Shown one piece after another: positions 39,941 through 53,900 of a stretch of DNA of 64,000 bases. The stretch is from Octopus sinensis (lineage: Eukaryota): the NCBI RefSeq assembly GCF_006345805.1, contig NC_042999.1:140740001-140804000 (forward strand). The letters are read 5' to 3'. Made by a program: the position numbers and the translations under genes. The notes under the pieces were generated by a model. That model had not been told where the DNA came from. It saw only the letters and a program-made list of their open reading frames with translations, and did no database searches. Every line of letters begins with the position of its first letter. The stretch's first letter is position 1.

Positions 39941-42194
39941 CCAATTTCAAAATGTTGATAAAAAATGCAAAAGAGCCCATTTAACTATTAATGTTGGGCA
40001 AGTTTCTGTAACATGTTAGCACCAAGTTTTAAGAGTAGAGATGGTTTCAGATTCTAGTTTGCTCACTTATGACTAGCTTTTATGTATGAATTTACCCAGT
40101 TGAAAATTCATAAAAAATCTAACATCTTATCTTTTTTTTCTTCTTTTTTGACATTTAATTTGACATCTGTTTAATGCTAGTAATGGATGCCACTTCTAAA
40201 CTTGTGAATAATTGGTAAGTGTTTTATTAACCCTTCTCCAGAATAAACTTGGTATACCTGACACAGCCCACTCATCAGAAGAACCACATATTTCTTTTTG
40301 CATAGTAAACTGATATGTTCTCAGCTAGTCATCTCATTATTGCCTTCCACTAAATTCCTTAAATGACTTAAACAGTCATATCTATTTCTCCATACAACTT
40401 TCAAGATGGGTTACCAACTTCATTACGTCAAAACTAAAATTGCTACCTTTAAACTAGTAGCACTAGACAAGAAAGAAAAAAAACACAATATCATAAAATA
40501 AAAAAATTGTCTGCCAGACTTCCTCATCCTCATTTTTTAATTATTTATTTATTTATTGCATAGCAACAAACATACTTTTGGAATAAAAAAAATTAATATA
40601 TATATGTCCAACTAAGTTTAGAGTTGCAATTTTTCTTTTATAGCATTCTTCAATTTTCCTGTATAAATTATTTCAGAATTTAAGAACATTTAATGATTGA
40701 TATTTTTAATGCTAAAATAGCCATATGGTTTGGACCATGATTAAAAGAAGACTATTTTGAAACTCCAAAAAGAAGGAAAAGAAGATGAAGAAAGAAGACT
40801 GAAGGAAGAGACTGAGGAAGATGGGGCTCAAGAAAAAACTAATTGAAGAAAATGAGAAAGACAAGCTTAAAATAAAAGAAAGAAAACTATGGAAACTATC
40901 TTAATACATGCAACAAGTATCAATTAATAACTTTCACACAACTTTGAGTCTAGACCAGAAGGAGCTTCTCTTATGCAGTTGCACAAATTACTTCAAACAG
41001 CAGCCAAGTCACTCAACAAATTGCCTACTATCTGTCAAGTAATTTAACATATGGTTCGACTCCTAAATCTCAGGACAATATTCTCCAGAGCAAAAATGGG
41101 AAAGAACTGCTAGAAGCAGACAAATTATTATTTTATTAGCTAACTTTTAGCCAGCCTATGATAGGATATCAAGAAAATATAGTTGCTTCATAAAACCCAG
41201 AGAAAATTTCAAGAGCTGATGATCAATTAAGTCTATCATGGTGTTAACTCCTCTATTACCATACTTTTGCTGAAATACACTGCCTTTGTAATGAAGAATT
41301 TAGTAAAATAACTTCATTATTATTATCTAGTGTTTGGAACACAAATCAATGTGCAATTCCGATGGCTAGAATTAATTTATATCTGTTTAAAACGGAAAAA
41401 ACAAGAACAGTTGGTACTGAAAAAGTTCAACAAGAAATAATTCTCTCTTTTGATACAGTGCTGGTCTAGCTAAGATTAACATTCCTAAACTTATTACCCA
41501 TTCACAACAGTTATGGCTCCGAAATTTGTAGAACTAAGTATACTGCTGAAATACAAAGCAAAATAACTGCAGTTGATTTGAAATCCAACCATACAGATGG
41601 TAGTTCAAAATGCATATTCAAAAACTTTTAATTCTACATTTCTTATTTGCATTAGTACAATATATATCACAGTTACCCCACCTCCCAACACCATCACACC
41701 ATACCACACAACACCACATCATATCACATCACACCACCAAGCACACACTAGTACTGGCCACTTCCCAGCCCCACATCCACACACCTACACATCCACACAT
41801 ACATACACTCTTATACACACACACGCGCACCTTCATTTTGGGATCACCACTACTTTATTTTCCCTTCTTCCTAGCTCTCCTGTGTGACCCCTCTGTCTGG
41901 TATTCACCATGATAGATCACTAGCCACCACACATTCTTTATTTTCTCTCCTTGTTTCTTTATGTGGGAGAGCATAGGCTCAAAATGTTAAGACTTATTCA
42001 CTTCCTGAGTGTTAAACTAATACATGTTTGTTGTCTACACCACCTGTCTTCGTCTTTTGTGTTTTTGTGAATTCTCCATGCGCGTGCGTGCATGTGTGTG
42101 TATTTCACTTAATCATTGCAGAACTAATAACCTGAGGTAGAACTCAATATATATATATATGCTTCAGAATAGAGTGTTAGTATAGAGTAGTAAC

Positions 42195-42385
42195 AAGAAA
42201 ATGCGATGACAAAGGAATAAATGATTATCTTATGAATTTCATCAGCTTACAGCTGTTTCTGCTGTAAGATACAGTGGACTCACAGTTGAGTACTTGAATA
42301 ACACCTTATAGCCTAATCAGAACCTGGAATAAGCTAATGAAGTTCATCAAATAATCATTTATTTCTTTGTCATCTTATTTCCTTA
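42195..42385 (-). ncRNA. Type I hammerhead-ribozyme-like motif (probably decayed) inside a TA-flanked hairpin element
   Basis: Minus strand: CTGATTA (42320-42314), long stem II gctataaggtg/tatcttacagc, GAAACAGCTGTA (42259-42248), flanked by inverted arms of about 55 nt. Confidence 0.55.
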
Positions 42386-44206
42386 TATAGATATATATAT
42401 ATAAATAAAAACTTACTTGGAGAAGAGGAAACGACACGTGGTGTTCAATCATGTAATAACAATTTAATAAATAAAACATATGCATACATACATACATATA
42501 TGTACATACCTACATCTATATGTATATATACACGCATATATCAGTACAGGACACCACAAAAAAACGTAGAACACAATGAGAAATAAAAACATAAAATCAA
42601 ACAAGGAAACAGACTTTTTTTAACAACGAAAAAACAGAGTACAAGACAAACAATACAAGGAATATTCCCCATTATATATATAGTGCACCCCAATTTAGCA
42701 TCAAATCTTGGTACAAAACTTTTACCCGTTATATCTTTAGTATTACCCCATATTTAAGTTGCACCCCAGTTTCTTCAGTTAAGATCAAATATAAAAAATA
42801 TAAAATAGTGTAACTTATGCACAAGTAATTGTGATATATATAGTCAGCATTTCTACAGTGCAAGGTTGACTCTCTAGCTTATATAAAAAAATGAAAATAT
42901 TTACTGCTTAGTTCCTTCAGCGCAGCACAGCAGTGTGTTTAGTTGAGTAACAGTGCATAACTGCTTAAGAACTTATAGTCTGTAAGGTTTGAACAAAATT
43001 TTATAGATATAGACAAAAATCAAATAGTGCATGGAGAAAACTGCTTAAGATTGGGGTTAAATGTTGTCATTTCTATTATACATACACATATATGTGTGTG
43101 TGTGTGTGTAAGAGTTGCATCTATTAATAATGTGAAATGTTAGCAATATGTCTGGCAACTGATGAATTTCGCAATTTGTGTGCATGTATTCATGTTGAAA
43201 TGAGTAAGAGATGAAAGGGAAAAGAAAAATAAAGGGAATGTATGTGTGTAAATGTGTTTGCACATATATTCTTGTGTGCTATGTAAATATTTATGTGTAT
43301 ATGTACCGATGTGCATGTATAGTATGCATATGTATCATGGCATGATTTAATATCTATAAAATTATGAACAGATATACATCTTCATTAATATAGCTTGACT
43401 TAAGAGTCATCAGTTATTCTGAAGATTTACCTGATGTATTGAATCTTTGTGGAACAAGTAATAGTCTAATTTTATGAGTAGTAAGACCCCCCCCCCCATA
43501 CAGTGATTAACAGATAACACTTACATGCAATAGCATTATCTGTAGGTATTGCTGAAAAGTTGTAAAGCTGAATTTACATTGCTGGTTCAAGTTCGGTTGA
43601 GCCAATTACTTTATTTACTCCTTGTACTTAGTCTATTCTTGGATATATTCAAAAGCCAGAAGTTATCAGTGTACGTGAATGTGTATATACACACACACAC
43701 ATATTACTCAACATTTCTGCAGTGCAAGATTGACTGACTAGTTTACAGCTTTACACATAAAAAAACTGAAAACATTTGATACTTAGTTCCTTCAGCAGGG
43801 TAGTCATGAATTCAGTTGAATAGGACATAACTGACCTTCACGTATGTTGACAAAAAAGCCATTTGTTTGTGGTCAAGTCATTTGAGGTTTATCAGCTAAA
43901 AAATTGCTGCTGATATTCTAGGTCTAGTGTAGTAAGAGGATGCCACCATGAAATCTTTCGCTCTCCTAGAAAAATCAGCCAAATCTTTTTCATAGCATAC
44001 TTTTCAGTCTTAATAGAAAAGACACATTGGCTAATGTAGTCCAGAATATAGTTTGTTACAATAGTACTAAGAGTGCTATATAGCTCATAGGCAAAGAACA
44101 GATATTCTGTATTCTCATTTGAATTATATTGCATGGAGATTAAGTATTCAGCAAAGCTAAATAGCTTATCATAGGTTGAAAGGTATCCTTTTATTATTTT
44201 TTTACT

Positions 44207-44240
<34 letters not shown>

Positions 44241-44731
44241 CTTTAGAATGTATCCAAGGGATTTTTAAAGCCAATATTGTATATTCTGACCAGTGTAAAC
44301 AATACATGTCTACATACAGTATTCTCATGAACAAGAAAACAAAGAATGGCCAGACATGCATGTTTCAATCCTCAATTGGAATTTCATCCTTGACAATGTT
44401 GTAAAGTGAACTTCCCTTCAATGCATGTCTCTACATACATACATATTCTTTTACTTGTTTCAGTCTCTTTTACCAAACTGCTAAGTTACAGGGATATAAA
44501 CACACCAACACCATTTGTCAAGTAGTAATGAAGGGACAAGCACAGACACACACACATATATATATGAATATATACAATGGGCTTCTTTCAGTTTCCATCT
44601 ACCAAATCCACTCACAAGACTTTGGTTGGCCCAAGGCTATAGTTGAAGATACTTGCTCAAGGTGCTACACAGGGGGAGTGAATCCAGAACAATGCAGTTA
44701 GGAAGCAACCTGATTACCACACAGCCACACC

Positions 44732-44771
<40 letters not shown>

Positions 44772-44921
44772 CTCTCTGTTTATTTCCTCGTGTTCCTTTC
44801 TGCTAAAGAGCATAGGCTCGAAATGTAAAAGACTTTCTCGCCTTCCCGAGTGTCAGACTAATACACCGGCTTGTTGTTTATACACCTGTCTTCGTCATTT
44901 GTTTTTCTGTAAATTTCAACC

Positions 44922-47812
44922 ACATCATCATCATCATCATCATCATTTAACGTCCGCTTTCCATGCTAGCATGGGTTGGACGGTTCAACTGGGGTCTGGG
45001 GAGCCCGAAAGCTGCACCAGTCCAGTCAGATCTGGCAGTGTTTCTACAGCTGGATGCCCTTCCTAACGCCAACCACTCCGAGAGTGTAGTGGGTGATTTT
45101 ATGTGCCACCGACACAGGTGCCAGACGAGGCTGACAAACGGCCACGCTCGGATGGTGTTTTTATGTGCCACCGACACAGGTGCCAGACGAGGCTGGCAGA
45201 CGGCCACGCTCGGATGGTGTTTTTATGTGCCACCGACACAGGTGCCAGACGAGGCTGGCAGACGGCCACGCTCGGATGGTGTTTTATGTGCCACCGACAC
45301 AGGTGCCAGACGAGGCTGGCAGACGGCCACGCTCGGATGGTGTTTTTATGTGCCACCGACACAGGTGCCAGATGAGGCTGGCAAACGGCCACGATCGGAT
45401 GGTGCTTGTTACGTGCCCACAGCACGGAGGCCAGTCGATGCGGTACTGGCTACGGCCACGTTCGGATGGTTTTCTTATGTGCCACGTGCCACCGGCACTG
45501 GTACCACAAAGATACAAATTCCATTGATGTTCATCTATTTTGATTTGTTTTGATTTGATTTTCACTTGCCTCAACAGGTCTTCACAAGTGTCACAAGAAG
45601 GAAGGTATGCACAGGTGGACTGACTACGTCCCAGGTAGGGGCCATGGGTTATGGCCTGACTAGTCTTGCCGGGTCTTCGGATGGTGTTTTTATGTGCCAC
45701 CGACACAGGTGCTAGATGAGGCTGGCGAACGGCCACAATCGGATGGTGTTTGTCATGTGCCCACCGCACTGACTACGGCACTGATGGATTTCTTGTGTGC
45801 CACAGGCACTGGTACCACAAGATACAAATTCCATTGATGTTCATCTATTTTGTCTATTTTGATTTGATTTGATTTGATTTGATTTGATTTTCACTTGCCT
45901 CAACCGGTCTTCACAAGTGTCACAAGAAGGAAGGAAGGTATGCACAGGTGGACTGACTAGTCTTGCCGGGTCTTCGGAAGGTGTTTTTATGTGCCACCGA
46001 CACAGGTGCCAGATGAGGCTGGCGAACGGCCATGATCGGATGGTGTTTGTTACGTGCCCACAGCACGGAGGCCGGTCGATGCGGAACTGGCTACGGCCAC
46101 GTTCGGATGGTTCTCATCTGTGCCACCGGCACTGGTACCACAAAGATACAGATTCCATTGATGTTCATCTATTTTGATTTGTTTTGATTTGATTTTCACT
46201 TGCCTCAACAGGTCTTCACAAGTGTCACAAGAAGGAAGGTATGCACAGGTGGACTGACTACGTCCCAGGTAGGGGCCATGGGTTATGGCCTGACTAGTCT
46301 TGCCGGGTCTTCGGATGGTGTTTTTATGTGCCACCGACACAGGTGCTAGATGAGGCTGGCGAACAGCCACGATCGGATGGTGTTGTCATGTGCCCACAGA
46401 ACGGAGGCCAGTCGATGCGGTACTGGCTACGGCCACTTTCGGATGGTTTTCTCTTGTGTGCCACCGGCACTGGTACCACAAAGATACCAATTCCATTGAT
46501 GTTCATCTATTTTGATTTGTTTTGATTTGATTTGATTTGATTTTCACTTGCCTCAACAGGCCTTTGATTTTCACTTGCCTCAACAGGCCTTCACAAGTAT
46601 CACAAGGAGGAAGATATGCACAGGTGGACTGACTACGTCCCAGGTAGGGGCCATGGTTTATGGCCTGACTAGTCTTGCCGGGTCTTCGGAAGGTGTTTTT
46701 ATGTGCCACCGACACAGGTGCTAGATGAGGCTGGCGAACGGCCACGACCGGATGGTGTTTGTTATGTGCCCACAGCACGATGGCCAGTGATGCGGTACTG
46801 ACTACGGCCATGTTCGGATGGATTCTTGTGTGCCACCGGCACTGGTACCACAAGCGGTACTGACTACTTTTTATGTGCCACCGACACAGGTGCTAGATGA
46901 GGCTGGCGAACGGCCACGACCGGATGGTGTTTGTTATGTGCCCACAGCACGATGGCCAGTGATGCGGTACTGACTACGGCCACGTTCGGATGGATTCTTG
47001 TGTGCCACCGGCACTGGTACCACAAGCGGTACTGACTACGGCCACTTCGGATGGATTCTTGTGTGCCACCGGCACTGGTACCACAAGCGGTACTGACTAC
47101 GGCCACGTTCGGATGGATTCTTGTGTGCCACTGGCACTGGTACCACAAGGATACAAATTCCATTGATGTTCATCTATTTTGATTTGTTTTGATTTGATTT
47201 GATTTTCACTTGCCTCAGCAGGTCTTCACAAGTCGGAAGGTATGTACAGGTGGACTGACTACGTCCCAGGTAGGGCCCACGGGTTATGACCTGACTAGTC
47301 TTGCGGGTCTTCGGATGGTGTTTTTATGTGCCACCATGTTCCCACAGCACGGAGGCCAGTCGATGCGGTACTGGCTACGGCCACGTTCGGATGGTTTTCT
47401 TGTGTGCCACAGGCACTGGTACCACAAAGATACAAATTCCATTGATGTTCATCTATTTTGATTGATTTTCACTTGCCTCAGCAGGTCTTCACAAGTGTCA
47501 CAAGAAGGAAGGTATGCACAGGTGGATCGACTACGTCCCAGGTAGGGGCCACGGGATATGGCCTGACTAGTCCTGCCGGGTCCTCTCATGCACAGCACAC
47601 TTCCATAGGACTCGGTCTTCAGTCATTTCCTTGGTGAGACCTAAAGTTCGAAGGTCGTGCTTCACCACCTCGTCCCAGGTTTTCCTGGGTCTACCTCTTC
47701 CACAGGTTCCCTCAACTGCTAGGTTGTAGCACTTTTGTACACAACTATCTTCAGCCATTCTCGTCACATGACCATACCAGCGCAGCCGTCTCTCTTGCAC
47801 ACCACAACTGAC
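44922..47812 (-). mobile_element. Young RTE LINE 3' end whose 3' UTR is tandemly amplified
   Basis: 47567-47812 encodes RRLRWYGHVTRMAEDSCVQKC...GRGRPRKTWDEVVKHDLRTLGL...RTRQD*. The (ATG)n tail is at 44922-44946 and CpGs are retained. Confidence 0.9.
45097..47570. repeat. Higher-order tandem array: 61-62-nt unit five times, plus about seven copies of a roughly 300-370-nt module
   Basis: Unit ttttatgtgccaccgacacaggtgccagacgaggctggcagacggccacgctcggatggtg, followed by recurring blocks containing (gattt)n and gactagtcttgccgggtcttc. Confidence 0.95.
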
Positions 47813-47815
47813 ACT

Positions 47816-47846
<31 letters not shown>

Positions 47847-47904
47847 GGCGGTGCCCCAGCATGGCCACAGCTCATGAGCTGAAACTAGAATCAATCAATC
47901 AATC

Positions 47905-47938
<34 letters not shown>

Positions 47939-50900
47939 TATATAGATAGATATATAGATAGATATATAGATATATATACAAATATAGATATATAGATATA
48001 CATACAGACAGATAGACAGACAGATAGATAGACAAGCAGACAGATATTTATATAGACAGACAGACAGATCAATGATATAGAAGGGATTGAACAACATTAC
48101 TTAAAATCACTACAATTGTTTTAACACATTTTTACAGTTTATAGTATATTGGTGAGACAGTATAATTAACATCTAGTGTAATCATTATCATCCATCAAAG
48201 ATGCTATAAAGATGATAGTGGTTACACAATATGCTAATTATATCATCTCACCAATGTACTACAAGTGTAAAAATGTGTTGAAACAATTGAAGTAATTCTT
48301 AAATAAAGAATGTCATTCATTCCATTTTCTATTATTCATCTATTTATATAAACTCTACTGATACTATGACATATCTTGACATATACCCAGTAGCAAGAGC
48401 ATTTCCCCTGTATGATGACATCTGGTGGCCAATAACTGTGGACAAGCATTGCATAGCATACTACAAGGGTTTTAACCAAATCTTATTTAACTTTATATAT
48501 ATTTATATTGTGCAGTTAAGAGAAATTTGCATTACAACAGCATGGTTTGAAGTTCAGTCTCACTGCATAGTACCTTGGGTGTCTTTTATTCTAGCCGTTG
48601 CCACCTAATGCATTGTAAATTAATTTGGTAGAAAGAAACTATGCAGATATTTATCATATATATGTGTGTGTTTGTGTGTGTGCATTTGAGCATCTTTGTG
48701 TTTGTATCTCACTACTTGACATTAGTGTAAGTTTGTTTATGTCTCCACAAAGAGACTAATAGAACATGTACCAAACATAAAGTGCTGGAGTAAATATGAC
48801 TACAAAAAGCCTTTGAGGTAGTGCTCTAGCAACCTCACTAGAGGAGCCTTGAGAAAAGCACCCTGTGTGTTCTATGTAGTGGTTGGTATTAAAAAGTGCA
48901 TCCAGTCACAGAAACCATGACAAAACTGGATGCCCTCTGACCCAGTGGATCCTGTTAAACCATAGAATCCATGCCAACATAGAAAGAAGATATGAAATTA
49001 TGACGATCATGATGATGCATTGACAATTTTAAGCTAATTTATATTTCTATGAAGGAATAGCAAATATGGTTTGTGAAGATATGGGAATTTTCATATTTTT
49101 AGAGAGCAAGAAACATAAAGTGATGAAAATTTTCTACATTACTGGTTTAATTTCAGTTGAGCCGATTTACTTTACATAGTCTATTTCTGGATATATTCAA
49201 TAGCTTGGTGGGGGATAGAAACTAGAAACTACTAAACTGTCTTATTCTTGATACATAACATGAAGATAAAACCTTGGGTGGTTACATAATGACCTATTGA
49301 TATTGTTAGAGTAAATGTTTTCTTTTAGATAAACAGGAAGCACTAAACCCAGATGCTTTAAAGCATCTGGTATAGCTAGCTACTATTTTCACTGTCTATG
49401 TTGATTTTGAATACATATTTTAATTGTTTTACACCCATTTATTTTGCTAGGTTAGTGTATGTGTGATAATTTGAAACATTTAGATATTGCTGTTAGAGTA
49501 ATTTTGACAGAAGCATCTTTTGTAATGATGACTTTTCATCCACTCATATTAAGGCAAGAAGAGTGATATATTTTTGTGGACAGAAAATAATGTTTAAATT
49601 CCTGAGCTCATGCTGTTAGTAATCCTAGCCCCTTAACTTCATAGTCATTGTGCTTGTGTAAACAATATTTATTACATAGGCACAAGGCCTCATATTTATA
49701 ATGGAAGAAGGATGTATTTGTGTGATGCTTTATGGAAATCATCAAGGTCCAAAGGAATCAATAAAATGGCTACAGTAAGAAATAAAACTAGATGATAGAA
49801 TTGACTTGTTAAGAGATTACTTTCCAATATAAAGCAGTTAATTGCATTATAAGAAAATATAAATTATTCAACATAGGGACAGACATGAAAACATTGGATT
49901 TTAGAGATTTAATAATGCAGAATCCAAATTCATAGGAATATGGTGTGTAGCAAACTTGTCCATCTCATTCTAGAATAGGAAAAACAAAAAAGTCATTGAA
50001 ATGATGCTGCTGATGACAATGATGAAACATATATGCACTCACTAGCTCACAGATATGCACTCACTAGCTCACTGTTATAGTCTTTGCTCCTCTGAAGCTA
50101 ATAGTTTTATAGTCTGTCCAATCAAATATTTCTTTCTTTCAATATTCTGCTGTGTCACACTTCTCATATGCAGCACTAAACACTCCTTCCTTCTCAGAAC
50201 AGCATACCTTCTGAATCCCACATCTACTCACATTTTTCCATCAGATGTTGCATCACTGATGATGAATCGAAATGTCTACATTGATCTCACCAATATGGGA
50301 GAATAAATTGCAGGTAATCATGGACCTGTTTGTCTCCCTCTAAGTCACTTGTAAAAAAAATTTAATTATCAAAACATCTTCGTCCAAGGGTTTATTTATA
50401 CAACAAAAATATTGATCCCTACAAGATGTTATATACACAGAACATATTATATGCATGTATACATTAATATGTAAATGGTATTAAAAGGTTCAGCCAGAGA
50501 GAAACCTCAGAAATAAGTGTTCTATTAATATTTCAAGTATCTTTTTTGTTCTTTTTTTTCTTTTTAAGTAGGAATAATGAATGAATTATTACTAAGTAAA
50601 AAGAGAAAATATAGTGTAAAGTGGAATTGGAAAATAGAAAAACAGTTATCAATATATAAACTATACAAAAATATGTTAAAAATGCTAATGCAGAGGTACA
50701 GATGGCTAGGTAGGACTCTTTTAGCAGGATGTGTTCAGGTGGGAAATTGTGACACTATAAATTACAACGGACAGTAAAATAGTAATCAAATCCCCAAAGC
50801 ACAATATATTTATTATGTACTACATATTGACTGACAATAGCACATATCACTTTTTCAGACCTAGTAATGGAATATTGATGCTGAGTAAATCGTGAGCAAA

Positions 50901-53900
50901 TTTTCTAAAGTATATTAACAGTAGTATAAGCAATGTAGACAACACAACTTTCTTGCTTACCCCCACCACTGTTAATACTATTGTTGCAACCATTGCTACA
51001 GAACACAAAGTGCTAATGTTGAAAAGGAACCAAAAGAAGAAGAAAAGATAAAATGACTAAAGAAGACTTATCAATTATAATTTATTTATTCTATGAATGT
51101 ATGTATGAATATCTTTAATGAAACACTACAATTTGAGAACTGACCACTATACATGGTGCCATTAAGCAATAATGTTGTGTGGGATAAAGTATAAAAATAA
51201 TATAAGTCTATCCTAAGTGCCAAGGAACTTTTTATGGTCAATACATTGCTTTGCTACCTATCACTTTTTTTTCTTCTTTTTTTGTATTTAAAAATAAATG
51301 TGGTTGAATGGAGCAGTGTCCAGCCTGAACACCTGCAAATCAATGTCTTCAGAAAAAAATAATGAATAAGGAAGGAATAAAAAGGAGGGAGACCTCTTGA
51401 GTTTCAACAGACCAAGTGGTCTGATCTGGTTGAAACTTGTGCAACAGACCATGCAATGGTATTAAACTCAATGGCATGAGGGGCTTAGAAGATTTTCTAT
51501 TTTGGACAGCATAGGAACATTGCCAGAGAATCTACTATCTATTCCCATGACCAGGTGAATTAAGGTATGTTGAATTTAGTGTAGTGGCCCAAAACACAAC
51601 TTAACAGCAATTGAAGCAATGCAGGAAAATACATGTGACTGCTCAAACTGCAAGAAATAACAACCAAATCATATCCTACTATTTTTCAAAGGGAAAAATT
51701 GGATAATATAATCTTGTAAACCTGAATAAAAAAATGATATTGTCACAGACGATTTGATCAATTAAAGTTGATCTGAGGCTAACCAACAGTGTCTGCTGTG
51801 AATTTAAGACATTTAAGTTGATGGTTAAATAGCACATCAATTCAACTATTTTATTTCTAATGTTGTTGTTTAGCAACGGGTCTATTCAGATTGAGCAAAT
51901 CTCTCATTAAAGACATCCCAGCCATAATTATTGCTTCTCTTTTCTTTCAGGCATAGTATATTATGTCCTTTCCTTTTTAAGATGGCAGGATGTTATTTGA
52001 GAAAAATTTAAGTGATATTTATAAGATGTTGATCAACCACATAGAGACTTCAGGATTGGCTCACTGCTTTTATTGTGGTTTTGTGTGGTAGTGAGAGTAT
52101 AGTATATCTGTTTTGTAGTCTAGTCTGAACATACACATTGAAATGTTTGAGTGATACCTGCACCAAAGATAAACTGCTTATTTGGTTTCATTTGAAGCAT
52201 GAATTTTTATTTTATGAAATTTATTAGCCGTTCACAAATTTAGTATGGACAAAGTGAGGTAATTGACACTTCGAACTAATTTGGTATATATGTGCATTTT
52301 TTGTTTGCTTGAGAGTTACTAGGAACAAAGTAAACAAAAACTATGGCAAACAGAGACAAAAATAAATGATGATAATGAAATATTCTATACACAAATATTT
52401 CCTCCAACTCTTTATCATCATTATTACTATGGTTTTATAATTATTTCATATTCTATACTTCTTCCTCTTCCTGTTGGGAGTAAGAGGAAAAGGGAGAGTA
52501 CCTCTTTGATCTAAAAGAAACTATGCTTGATAGCCAGTGAAAATGAATGGTTTAGTAGAAAGATAAGCAATCCCAGTAGGATCAAACATTTGCCAAGAGA
52601 CTGAAATTTCAAAAGCCAAAATAATTGGCAATTATGTTTTATCTAATTCTTTTTCTCTCTCTCCTTTAGTGAAGGAGGGGTAGATTATTAGAAGCAAACC
52701 TCTCGTCTGCTCTGGCCATTTAGTGTGTTAAACATACACTGGATATTCTAGTACATGAGTTGTTAAAAAGGGAAAAATAAAGACTTTATATATGTATAAT
52801 CAGTGTCAGACAATATTGGATGGCCTGAGAATATGCAAACATCTTAGAAAATTTTTCAAGACATATTTCCAAATACAGCATTAGTGCAATGTTACGAATT
52901 TTGCTTCCACTGGTGAAACCATTACTCAGAGTGAGAAAACATGAAATTTTAGATAATATCAATAAACAATAAATGTATATATAAACAAATAAATACTATA
53001 GATGTATAAATAAATTTTGATTCAAATGTATGCAATTCCCAATCCTAGGATGAAACTAATTTCATATACATTTGTTCAGTGAAGGAAATACTATTGGTTA
53101 AGCTATACACAAAGTCAATATCTAGAATTCACAATTTCTTTTGATGGTTAGTTAAGATGAGTGAAGTGAACTTGTGTATTTAATTAGTAGGAACATGACA
53201 GAGAATGATTATTAATAAACTAATAATTATTATTAAACTTCTGCATGAGAATAGCATTAGAACATTGACCATCAAAATATAAAAATTAGGAATAGCTATT
53301 TACTCTTCCACATCATTTCCTCCACTGACTTTTTAAGCCAGTTTGATTTATATGCTTTCACACATCAACACTCCATACATATATTGTTTCATTCTTGCAT
53401 CTAATGTTTCTCTAAAAAGGCTAGATCTCTACCATAATAACTTAATCCTTTTAATACCAAACTGCCTGAGACAACTCTAGTCCTATGATAAAATCTTTCT
53501 GCTTTAAAATGATTAAATTAAAACCTTTTATTTTACTTTACAAAGTTACAAGCTTTTTGTTCAAATCCACATGTGTTTTGAAGTACGCTAAATTCTTAAT
53601 ACTTAATTCTACATGATATCCTAGGTACTAAATCATCTGGAAATGTTACCTGCAATAGACACCAAATTCAGCTCACTTGTTCTCATTAGTATAATACCAT
53701 ACAATTATTGCTAAGTATCCTAGGTGCTTAGGAAACACATTTATATATCTACAGCATCTTTCATGCACTGCACCACAACTTTCAAACACTACATTAAAAC
53801 CCTTTCTAAATCTTAAGAACCTTGGTTTTATGTATTAACACATCAGTGGTGTATATTCAAGGGATGCTAGTGATATTCTTAGTTTCTATTTCACAATTTC

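Noticed and set aside
45097-45403. CRISPR-like regular array
   Set aside because: Units are contiguous near-identical 61-62-mers with no unique spacers, there are no cas genes, and the array lies in an RTE 3' UTR in animal DNA.
44653-47461. Many overlapping ORFs, up to 196 aa
   Set aside because: Artefacts of a GC-richer tandem repeat with few stop codons; the peptides are repetitive in all frames.
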